A stretch of 64,000 nt of DNA from an uncultured Clostridia bacterium. Its GTDB lineage: Bacteria > Bacillota > Clostridia > Christensenellales > UBA1242. Position numbers and translations under genes: made by a program. Where the stretch lies: positions 67,358-131,357 of the forward strand of contig CALWPL010000002.1 in assembly GCA_944383405.1 (NCBI GenBank). The letters are read 5' to 3'. Shown one piece after another: positions 56,103-64,000 of the stretch. Each line of letters begins with the position of its first letter. Positions within the stretch are counted from its first letter, which is position 1. The notes below the pieces were generated by a model. The model was not told where the DNA came from and ran no database searches. It saw nothing but the letters and a program-made list of their open reading frames with translations.

Positions 56103-57257
56103 ATGCCAACAAATAACAAAGATTATTATAAAATTTTGGGAGTAGAGAAAGGGGCGAGTCAAGACGAAATAAAGTCTGCGTATAGAAAACTTGCCAAACT
56201 CTACCACCCAGACCTTCACCCAAATGATAAGGAAGCGGCGAGTAAGTTTAAGGAAGTGAACGAGGCTTATGAAGTTTTGGGAGACCCAAACAAGCGTGCA
56301 AATTATGACGAGTACGGTTCGGCGAATCCAAACTTTAATGACTTCTTTGGTGGGAATGGTGGCGGTTTTAGTGGTGGGTTCTCAACCGAAGGGTTTGGGG
56401 GCTTTGGCGATATATTTGATGACTTATTTTCTTCGTTTGGCGGCTCAAATTCGAGAAGAAGGGGCGCAAGTGCTGTCAATGTGCGGGGAGAAGACATTGT
56501 CGTTGACGCAAGTCTTAGTTTTAAGGAAGCGGTTTTTGGCTGTGAAAAGACCTTTAAAGTAAACAAAGTTGAAAAATGCTCTGCGTGTTCTGGAACTGGG
56601 GCTAAAGACGGAAGAGAGTTTTCTACTTGTCCAGATTGCCATGGAAGTGGGCAAGTAACAATTACTCAAAATACTTTATTTGGTAGAATGACGCAAGTTG
56701 CGCCTTGTAAAACCTGTAATGCTACTGGTAGAATTATTAAAACTAAATGTAGCGAGTGTAATGGCAAGGGTAGTATTAGAAATGTTCAGGAAATTAAGGT
56801 TAATATTCCAGCAGGCATTAATGATGGGCAAGTTATAACTATGCGTGGAAAAGGGAGTGCGTCAATTAAGTCTGGTCCAAATGGCGACTTAATTATAAAT
56901 ATTTCGGTTTCACCTCATCCACTACTTGTTAGAGATGGTATCAATTTACTACTTGAATTACCTATTCCGTTTACAACGGCATACCTTGGGGGAGATGTTG
57001 AAATTCCGCTTGCAGATGGGAGTAAATACACTTTAACTATTCCGCCTTTGACTCAGCCAAATACAATTTTTAAGATAAAAAACAAGGGTGTAAAAGCCTT
57101 GCAAAGAGATAATTATGGGGATTTGCTTGTAACTGTTAGAGTTGAGTTTCCAAAAGACGCAGGGAGAAAAGAAAAAGAACTTATGCAAGATTTGGTGCAA
57201 AGTGATAATAGTTATAAAAAGGTTAAAGCATATAAAGACAAAATGGCAAAATTGTAA
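56103..57257 (+). CDS. dnaJ: Molecular chaperone DnaJ
   Basis: J-domain with HPD (YHPDLHP), a G/F-rich region, and four CxxCxGxG zinc-finger repeats. Confidence 0.98.
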   Translation: MPTNNKDYYKILGVEKGASQDEIKSAYRKLAKLYHPDLHPNDKEAASKFKEVNEAYEVLGDPNKRANYDEYGSANPNFNDFFGGNGGGFSGGFSTEGFGGFGDIFDDLFSSFGGSNSRRRGASAVNVRGEDIVVDASLSFKEAVFGCEKTFKVNKVEKCSACSGTGAKDGREFSTCPDCHGSGQVTITQNTLFGRMTQVAPCKTCNATGRIIKTKCSECNGKGSIRNVQEIKVNIPAGINDGQVITMRGKGSASIKSGPNGDLIINISVSPHPLLVRDGINLLLELPIPFTTAYLGGDVEIPLADGSKYTLTIPPLTQPNTIFKIKNKGVKALQRDNYGDLLVTVRVEFPKDAGRKEKELMQDLVQSDNSYKKVKAYKDKMAKL

Positions 57258-57298
57258 TTTACCTTTTTATCTTAAAGTTTTAACTTTTGATATTAATA

Positions 57299-57397
57299 GG
57301 TATTTATAATTAAGCGAGTTTTATATAAATAGTTATTTACAATTAAGCAGATTTTATATAAATTGTTATTTAATAAGCGGCTTTGATATAAAGGGCT
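57299..57397. repeat. Three tandem copies of a 33-bp AT-rich repeat downstream of dnaJ
   Basis: The copies are ggtatttataattaagcgagttttatataaata / gttatttacaattaagcagattttatataaatt / gttatttaataagcggctttgatataaaggg. Confidence 0.8.
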
Positions 57398-57592
57398 ATT
57401 TTAAAGTTTAATTATGAATTGACATATTACTTAATTAATTTTTCCAAAAAGTTAAATTTAAAAATAAAAGCATCTAGTTATTTTAAAGTGCTCACTTAAA
57501 GTGTATAACTTTTTATGGGCTCCTAATAATTCTAGGTGCTTTTATTTTTTGGAAAAAACTAGACAAAATTATTATTAATTTATTATCAAAAA

Positions 57593-57622
57593 TTGACAAA
57601 CTATTACACATTTTGCTACAAT
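57593..57622 (+). promoter_or_regulatory. Sigma-A promoter of rsmE (TTGACA-18-TACAAT), 6 nt from the ATG
   Basis: TTGACA at 57593-57598 and TACAAT at 57617-57622, then aaaaaa and the ATG at 57629. No SD is present. Confidence 0.5.
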
Positions 57623-57628
57623 AAAAAA

Positions 57629-58348
57629 ATGAGAGAAGACAGTTTTTTTGTATTAAAAGAGAATATTGAAAAGGACACTTTATATATAACAGGCGAGGAG
57701 TTTTTGCACCTTTCAAAAGTGCTTAGGCATAGAGTGGGAGATAAAGTCAAATGCTTTTATGATGGCTCTGATGTTTTTATTTGCGAGATTAAAGACATTT
57801 TAAAGGATAGGGCGGTGCTAAAAATTCTTGAAAGCACTTCGTGTCTCGCAAATCCCAAAAAACAAATTACTCTTTTTCAAGGAGTGCCAAAGTTAGACAA
57901 ATTAGAACTCATAGCACAAAAGTTGTGCGAAGTGGGGGTAAGTAATATTGTGCCTTTTGAATCTGAATTTTCTGAAATGAAACTGTCTTTACATAAGATA
58001 GATAGGATTAATAAAATAATTATCAGTGCTTGTAAGCAGTGCAAAAGAACGAGTTTACTAAAATTAGAACAGGTTATAAAATTAAAGGATATAAATTTAA
58101 CTGGTTTTGACCTTGTAATTTTTGCAAATGAAAAAGAAAGAGAAAATAGTATTTGCAATTTAGAAAAAGAGATAAAAAGGTCTCAAAAGATAGCCTACAT
58201 AATAGGAAGCGAAGGCGGGTTTAGTCAAAAAGAAATTGAAGAACTAAGAAAAAAAGCATTGTCTATTAGTCTTGGTAGTCGTATACTAAGAACGGAGACG
58301 GCAAGTATTGTACTTGGTGGACTAATTGCGATAGAAGGAGAAGTTTAG
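57629..58348 (+). CDS. rsmE: 16S rRNA (uracil1498-N3)-methyltransferase RsmE
   Basis: From MREDSFFVLKENI...LYITGEEFLHLSKVLR (typical RsmE N-terminus) to the C-terminal IGSEGGFSQKEIE...LGSRILRTETA (SPOUT knot). Synteny is dnaJ-...-rsmE-mtaB as in Bacillus. The ORF track starts at 57593 on a TTG. Confidence 0.85.
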   Translation: MREDSFFVLKENIEKDTLYITGEEFLHLSKVLRHRVGDKVKCFYDGSDVFICEIKDILKDRAVLKILESTSCLANPKKQITLFQGVPKLDKLELIAQKLCEVGVSNIVPFESEFSEMKLSLHKIDRINKIIISACKQCKRTSLLKLEQVIKLKDINLTGFDLVIFANEKERENSICNLEKEIKRSQKIAYIIGSEGGFSQKEIEELRKKALSISLGSRILRTETASIVLGGLIAIEGEV

Positions 58349-58350
58349 AA

Positions 58351-59610
58351 GTGAAGATATGTTTACTAAATCTTGGGTGCAAAGTAAATCAGTATGAGAT
58401 AGACGGCATGTATGGGAAACTAAAAGACGATTATGAAGTTACGACAAATCTTGAATTTGCTGATTTATATATTGTAAATACTTGTGCGGTTACAAAGGAA
58501 GCCGAAAAAAAGAGCAGGCAGATGATAGCAAAAATTGCAAAGATAAATGAAAATGCTAGGATTATAGTTTGTGGGTGTGCTAGTGAAAACAATGCTGAGC
58601 AGTTTTTAGACAAGAAGAATGTTTGCTGTGTAATTGGAAATGCAAATAAAGGGAAGATAAAAGACTATATTGGGAAAGAAGGCGATTTTGTTGATGAACT
58701 TCCAATAAAATATGAAGACGATTTAAGTGCGGTAGGCGTAAGAACTAGGGCGTATGTTAAAATTCAAGATGGGTGCAATAATTTTTGTTCTTATTGTTTA
58801 ATTCCATTTTTAAGGGGTAGGAGTAGGTCAAGAGATTTAAAGAGTATTGTAAAGGAAGCAAGGCAACTTTCAAAAAAGTGTAAGGAAATAGTGCTTACTG
58901 GGATTAATGTTTCAGATTATAGAATTGACGGAAAGCCTGCACTACATAAGGTATTATACGCACTAAGAGATTTTAAGTGTAGAGTTAGATTAAGTTCTAT
59001 GGAAGTAAGTATTATAAATGAAGAATTTTTAGAGACCGTATCGTCAATGAAAAACTTTTGTCCGCATTTTCACTTATCCCTTCAAAGCGGTTGTGATAAG
59101 GTTTTAAAAGAAATGAATAGGCATTATACTGCAGCAGATTATTTTGGAAAGGTAGAACTTATAAAGAAATATTTTAAAAATCCTTGTATAACAACTGATA
59201 TTATCGTTGGTTTTCCAACAGAAAATGACAACGATTTTAAAAAGACACTTCATTTTGTTAAGAAAATGAAATTTGCTGACATTCATTATTTTGCATATTC
59301 TTCAAGACCTGGCACTGTTGTTGGGCGACTTAGTCAACTAAATGGGGCAGTTATTAAACAGAGAGAAAAGGAACTTGAAAAAATACGGAAAGAGAGTAAT
59401 TTAAGTTATAGAAAATCTTGTATTGGGAACACTTTTCAAGTACTTATTGAAAAAACTGACGGAGATTATAGTGAAGGTTATCTTGAAAACTATGTCAAGT
59501 GCTATATAAAAGGGAAATATAAGGAAAATAGTTTTGTTAATGTTGAAGCAAAAGAGATTTATTTAGATGGACTTAGATGTGAAGAAAAAGTAATTGACAA
59601 AGTAGACTAA
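58351..59610 (+). CDS. mtaB: tRNA threonylcarbamoyladenosine methylthiotransferase MtaB (radical SAM, MiaB-like)
   Basis: The N-terminus is LGCKVNQYE (UPF0004 domain). The radical-SAM motif is CNNFCSYCLIP. A TRAM-like C-terminus is present. It has a GTG start and synteny with rsmE. Confidence 0.85.
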   Translation: MKICLLNLGCKVNQYEIDGMYGKLKDDYEVTTNLEFADLYIVNTCAVTKEAEKKSRQMIAKIAKINENARIIVCGCASENNAEQFLDKKNVCCVIGNANKGKIKDYIGKEGDFVDELPIKYEDDLSAVGVRTRAYVKIQDGCNNFCSYCLIPFLRGRSRSRDLKSIVKEARQLSKKCKEIVLTGINVSDYRIDGKPALHKVLYALRDFKCRVRLSSMEVSIINEEFLETVSSMKNFCPHFHLSLQSGCDKVLKEMNRHYTAADYFGKVELIKKYFKNPCITTDIIVGFPTENDNDFKKTLHFVKKMKFADIHYFAYSSRPGTVVGRLSQLNGAVIKQREKELEKIRKESNLSYRKSCIGNTFQVLIEKTDGDYSEGYLENYVKCYIKGKYKENSFVNVEAKEIYLDGLRCEEKVIDKVD

Positions 59611-59667
59611 TTATTATATTATTAAATGTATTTTAATTAAGTAAGAAAGCAAAAGGAGGTGAATTAT

Positions 59668-59844
59668 ATGTCAACTGTCAGAGTAGGCGAAAACGAAAGT
59701 TTAGAGAGCGCTCTTAGAAGATTTAAGAGAAAGTGCCAAAAGGACGGAATCATTGGCGACCTAAGAAAAAAGGAAGCATATGAAAAGCCTTCTGTTGCTA
59801 GAAAAAAGAAATCTGAAAACGCTAGAAAGAAAAGACTAAAATAA
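59668..59844 (+). CDS. rpsU: 30S ribosomal protein S21
   Basis: [28 protein letters not shown]...[19 protein letters not shown] lies 8 nt upstream of the ATG at 59668. Confidence 0.95.
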   Translation: MSTVRVGENESLESALRRFKRKCQKDGIIGDLRKKEAYEKPSVARKKKSENARKKRLK

Positions 59845-59858
59845 TTTTAATTTTAATT

Positions 59859-59887
59859 GACTAGGCAAATAGACCTAGTCTTTTTTT
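59859..59887 (+). terminator. Rho-independent terminator after rpsU
   Basis: Stem gactagg / cctagtc with an 8-nt loop, followed by T7. Confidence 0.8.
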
Positions 59888-60448
59888 ATTTAAAATAACT
59901 AATAATCATAGTAAGGCTTAAGACAAACAGCAAATATGTCTAGTCTTTTTTATGTAAAATAACTAATAATTTTTAATTTTTTTATTTAGTTAAATTGTCT
60001 AATAATTAAATTAAATTCTGTTAAATTGTTTAACAATTAAATTAAGAAAAATAAGAAATTATAACAAACTTAGACTTCTTCATATAGTGGAATTTGGTTA
60101 CTTTTATATTTTTTTGTAGATTTTTTATATTTTATTTTGATGCAGAAAAGGAGTCAAAAGTCAAACAAATTTTAAACAAATTTTGAAGTAAAATTAAACA
60201 AGTTTTGTCTAGCGTTTTTTATTAAAAATTAAACAAAATTTGACAAATTAACCCATTTTATTCTTTTGATTGAAAACGCCTTTTATATATACTTAGAATG
60301 TTCGTTTTTTAGGCAGAAGATAAATTATATGTTTTAGTCCCAGCGAAGCAATATAGTTTTTAATTTTTGTTATGATTATGAGTTTAATAAAAAGTAGAAG
60401 TTTAAGTAAAATTTTTATTTGAGAAAGGTTTAATTTTAAAAGGAGAAG

Positions 60449-60844
60449 GTGTTGAAGTTAGAAATTAAAAATAAATCTAACTTATACGAACTAGCAAGAC
60501 GGGCAAAAGACAGGCTTAGGAGCAACAATTACTTAAATATCCAAAAAGAAAAAGTTTTAAATAGTGCAAAGGCTTTTTCAAATTATGTTAATCGGCAAAA
60601 GAAAGCGGTTATAAATGCGGTAAAAAAGGCAGGGGAGACTTCTCCTCAAGTTGACGATGAAATGTATGTTAAGGTTTGTGGCATTATAGAAAATGGCAAT
60701 GTAGGAAATCCTGTGTTATCATTAATTGATAAAGAGTTATTTGAAAGTTTAGATAGCGAAGCAAAGCAATTTTACATAAGTAATCTTACTCAGAAATACA
60801 AATTTTTTAGGTCAAAATATTATAGAGAACACCTAAATATTTGA
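60449..60844 (+). CDS. Hypothetical protein (about 130 aa)
   Basis: SD AAGGAGA, with a GTG or TTG start within 2-5 nt. It is basic and helical-looking. I recognise no family. Confidence 0.5.
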   Translation: MLKLEIKNKSNLYELARRAKDRLRSNNYLNIQKEKVLNSAKAFSNYVNRQKKAVINAVKKAGETSPQVDDEMYVKVCGIIENGNVGNPVLSLIDKELFESLDSEAKQFYISNLTQKYKFFRSKYYREHLNI

Positions 60845-61196
60845 CAATTTTAATTTTAAATAAAAATAATAAAATGTTTAAGATTATTTATATAAAATTG
60901 CTTTAAATACTTAAACAAGAGATAAAGGTTTTATCCTTAAGAAATAATAGACTTTAATAATTTAGTTTTTGTTTATTATTTCTAAGTATAAAATTTTTTT
61001 TATTTCCATTTTTAATTATAAAATTAGTTTTAATAAAGGGTTTAGTATTAAAAGTTATTAATTTTGTGCCAATAACTATTTTTGAAAATGAAAAAACTTA
61101 TAAAGTCTAACTCTTATTTTCTTGCAGTTATTTTATAAATATGCTACACTTTTCATACTAGCGAATTTGAAAGGATATTAAGGAGATAGACAAAAA

Positions 61197-63410
61197 GTGG
61201 AAGATAAAATTGACCTAAGTGTTTTAAACAATGCTCAACTTGTGGCTTTAAAACAAATCACGGGACCTGTTATGGTTTTAGCGGGTGCTGGGAGTGGGAA
61301 AACGAGGCTTGTTACATATAGAGTTGCGTATTTGATAAAAGAACTTGGCGTTTTACCTGAAAACATTTTGGCTATTACTTTTACAAATAAGGCGACAAAT
61401 GAAATGAGAGAAAGGTTATTTAATTTGCTTGGGGACGAGGCACAAGACATTTGGATTTCTACTTTTCATTCAATGTGTGTTAGGATACTTAGGAGTAACA
61501 TTTCAAATCTTAAAAGTAGTGATGGGACAAGTAATTTTGACAGCAATTTTTCAATTTATACGGATAGTGATAGAGATAGGGCGTTAAAAAGTGTTATAAA
61601 AGAATTAAATTTACCAGACGATTATTTACAAAAAGCGAGTTATCATATTTCTAATGCAAAGAACAAGCACTTGTCTCCTTGGGAGTATCAAAAGGAATAT
61701 TTTGACGAGCAAAATATTGAAGAAATTACAAAAATTTATTCTGCCTATCAAAGTTATCTTGCAAATAACAATGCTCTTGACTTTGACGACCTTTTATTTA
61801 AAACTTATGACTTGTTTTTATCTTTTCCAAGTATACTTAAAAGATATCAAAATAGGTTTATGTTTATTCATGTTGACGAGTTTCAGGATACAAACAAAAT
61901 TCAGTATTTACTTGTAAAAGCGTTAAGTGGGGAGCATAAAAATATTTTTGTTGTAGGAGACGAGGACCAGTGCATATATTCGTGGAGAGGGGCAAATATT
62001 AGTAATATAACTGACTTTAAAAAAGACTTTCCAGACTATAAAATGTTTAAACTAGAACAAAATTATAGGAGCAGTAAACTTATACTTAATCTAGCAAATA
62101 AACTCATAAAGAACAATTTGTCAAGAAACGAAAAAGAACTTTGGACTCAAAATGATGTTGGGGCAAAAGTTGAGTATTACAAGGCAAAAGATGAGTTTGA
62201 TGAAGCGGACTTTGTTGCAAGGAATATTTCAGATTTAGTTAAGAATTATGGGTATAAATATAAAGATTTTGCCATACTAACTAGGCTTAATGCGATGACA
62301 GCGCCTTTTGAAGAAAAGTTTTTAAATTACAACATTCCATACAGGGTATTTGCTGGTAAAAAGTTTTTTGAAAGGCTTGAAATTAAAAATATACTATGCT
62401 ACCTAAAAATGATTACGAATCCCTATGACTCGACATCTTTTTCTCGAATTATAAATTTTCCAAAAAGGGGAATTGGGGAGACAACAGTTAAAACTATACT
62501 TGAACTTGCCAATTTTCATGGGGTTACGCCGTATAATATTATTTTATCGTCAGAAGAGTATTTAGTAGAAAATAGTTTGATTAAAAAGGTAAAACCTTTT
62601 AGAGATATTGTTGAAAAATTACTTGAAGAATACGAGCAAGATGGTCCAGTTGAATTTATAAAGCAACTTATAAAAATTGCTGGTTTTTATGAAGAGTATT
62701 CAAGTGGCAGTGAAGAGGACATGGCAAGGCTTGTAAATATTGACAACTTTTTACTGCTTACAAGTCAATATTTTGCAAATAATCCTAAGGACAGCATTAG
62801 TGATTTTTTGCAATCAATAACGCTTACAAGTGATATTGACGAATATGACGACAAGGACAATGCTGTAACCATTGCGACGGTGCACGCTGTAAAAGGGCTT
62901 GAATTTAGAGTTGTGTTTATTGTGGGACTTGAAGAAAGGATGTTTCCAATTGTTAGGACATATTCAAGTAGCAGTGATATGGAAGAAGAAAGGCGACTTA
63001 TGTTTGTTGCAATTACTAGGGCAAAGGAAAGGTTGTTTTTAACGAACTCTCGCACAAGGTTTATGTATGGAAAGAGAGACTACTGCGTGCCATCTCGTTT
63101 TTTAAGCGAATGTGGAGTTGAAGAGAGTGAGAGTAGTGTTAGAACTTATACGGGTGTTAAGGAGACGAGCACATTTAGTGAGTTTGCAAAAAAGAGATTT
63201 AATCTTGGAAACAACTTTGACAAAAAGGAAGATGTAGACCTTGCAAAGAAGTATTCAGTTGGAAGAAAGGTTTCGCATCCTAAGTTTGGGCAAGGGGTAA
63301 TAACAGGCAATTTTGGAATTGCACTGACAAAGTGTGTAACGATTGATTTTGAAAGTGTTGGGGTAAAGACTTTGTCCGTTGAATATGCTCCAATTAGTGT
63401 AATAGAATAA
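61197..63410 (+). CDS. pcrA: ATP-dependent DNA helicase PcrA (UvrD family, SF1)
   Basis: LNNAQLVALKQITGPVMVLAGAGSGKTRLVTYRVAYLI, DEFQDTN, VGDEDQCIYSWRGA, QNYRSS and TVHAVKGLEF. GTG start with SD AAGGAGA. It lies upstream of ligA as in Firmicutes. Confidence 0.95.
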   Translation: MEDKIDLSVLNNAQLVALKQITGPVMVLAGAGSGKTRLVTYRVAYLIKELGVLPENILAITFTNKATNEMRERLFNLLGDEAQDIWISTFHSMCVRILRSNISNLKSSDGTSNFDSNFSIYTDSDRDRALKSVIKELNLPDDYLQKASYHISNAKNKHLSPWEYQKEYFDEQNIEEITKIYSAYQSYLANNNALDFDDLLFKTYDLFLSFPSILKRYQNRFMFIHVDEFQDTNKIQYLLVKALSGEHKNIFVVGDEDQCIYSWRGANISNITDFKKDFPDYKMFKLEQNYRSSKLILNLANKLIKNNLSRNEKELWTQNDVGAKVEYYKAKDEFDEADFVARNISDLVKNYGYKYKDFAILTRLNAMTAPFEEKFLNYNIPYRVFAGKKFFERLEIKNILCYLKMITNPYDSTSFSRIINFPKRGIGETTVKTILELANFHGVTPYNIILSSEEYLVENSLIKKVKPFRDIVEKLLEEYEQDGPVEFIKQLIKIAGFYEEYSSGSEEDMARLVNIDNFLLLTSQYFANNPKDSISDFLQSITLTSDIDEYDDKDNAVTIATVHAVKGLEFRVVFIVGLEERMFPIVRTYSSSSDMEEERRLMFVAITRAKERLFLTNSRTRFMYGKRDYCVPSRFLSECGVEESESSVRTYTGVKETSTFSEFAKKRFNLGNNFDKKEDVDLAKKYSVGRKVSHPKFGQGVITGNFGIALTKCVTIDFESVGVKTLSVEYAPISVIE

Positions 63411-63426
63411 ATTTAAGGGTAAAAAA

Positions 63427-64000
63427 ATGACAAAAAAAGAAAGAATGGAAGAGATAGTGCCAATACTCAATGATTATGCCTATCATTATTATGTTTTAGA
63501 CAAGCCTATTGTGTCTGACTACGACTATGACATTTTATATGACGAACTTGTAAAACTTGAAGAAGAAACAGGAATAATTCTTCCGTCTTCGCCAACTAGA
63601 AAAGTTGGGGGAGAAGTTTTGCCGGGCTTTAAAAAAGTTGAACACGAGATAAGGCTATATAGTCTTAACAAATGCAATGACTATATGGGGCTAGAAAAAT
63701 TTATAAGTGATGTTAAAAAAGTCATTAAAACGCCAAAATTTACTGTTGAATACAAATTTGATGGGCTAAGAATTGTAGCAAAATACAAGGACGGGTATTT
63801 AGTTCAGGCGTCGACTCGAGGAGACGGGATTGTTGGAGAAGATGTAACAGAACAGGTAAAGACTATAAGAAGTGTTCCAATGCAAATTGACTACAAGGGC
63901 GAAGTTATTGTGGCTGGCGAAGGGGTAATGACCCTAAGTAGCCTTGAAAAATATAACAAAACGGCAAGCATTAAGTTAAAAAATCCACGAAATGCAGTTA
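63427..64000 (+). CDS. ligA: NAD-dependent DNA ligase LigA, N-terminal fragment (runs off the window)
   Basis: The ATG at 63427 opens a frame that stays open to the window end. It reads LNDYAYHYYVLDKPIVSDYDYDILYDELVKLEE and contains the adenylation motif EYKFDG. It is absent from the ORF track because it has no stop within the window. Confidence 0.9.
   Translation, partial: MTKKERMEEIVPILNDYAYHYYVLDKPIVSDYDYDILYDELVKLEEETGIILPSSPTRKVGGEVLPGFKKVEHEIRLYSLNKCNDYMGLEKFISDVKKVIKTPKFTVEYKFDGLRIVAKYKDGYLVQASTRGDGIVGEDVTEQVKTIRSVPMQIDYKGEVIVAGEGVMTLSSLEKYNKTASIKLKNPRNAV

Overview
This is a low-GC, Firmicutes-type chromosomal segment that is densely coding and uses the standard genetic code. All long conserved genes are open with TGG for Trp and mostly end in TAA. 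Most of the window is housekeeping sequence in Bacillus/Clostridium-like synteny. The blocks are tpiA(partial)-secG-rnr; a minus-strand glycolipid/glycosyltransferase operon (GT28-GT4-GT2); smpB-ssrA(tmRNA); nrdD-nrdG behind NrdR boxes; a mreB-like gene with minD-minE and SpoIVFA/SpoIVFB-like genes; floA; ruvC-ruvA-ruvB-queA-tgt-recA; pro-sigK; rarA; rubrerythrin; CIRCE-hrcA-grpE-dnaK-dnaJ-rsmE-mtaB-rpsU; and pcrA-ligA(partial). The accessory content includes a 1110-aa BspA-type leucine-rich-repeat surface protein with near-identical 69-bp repeats and an internal module duplication. It also includes a 790-aa orphan protein, a divergent GH95-like protein, an HtrA-like lipoprotein with a duplicated collagen-like head, and a YugP-like protein that has lost its HExxH motif. 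The most unusual element is an 8-kb co-oriented array of seven highly diverged paralogous genes (44055-52051) that I cannot place in any characterised family. One member (P5) carries a loop, NTDRDNKN, that resembles the HipA/PI3-4-kinase catalytic loop. The other six have that loop degenerated, and no HipB-like partner is present. Other points worth a second look are a perfect Cheo/LexA-type palindrome in front of a small HTH gene, a 10-nt overlap of the smpB 3' end with the mature tmRNA 5' end, and two leaderless-looking promoter/ATG arrangements (rnr, rsmE). There is also a disrupted GT4 gene carrying a G9 tract and an in-frame TGA, and several locus-specific AT-rich tandem repeat arrays in intergenic spacers, two of which flank sigK. 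All functional calls come from reading motifs and synteny by eye. No database search or structure prediction was run.
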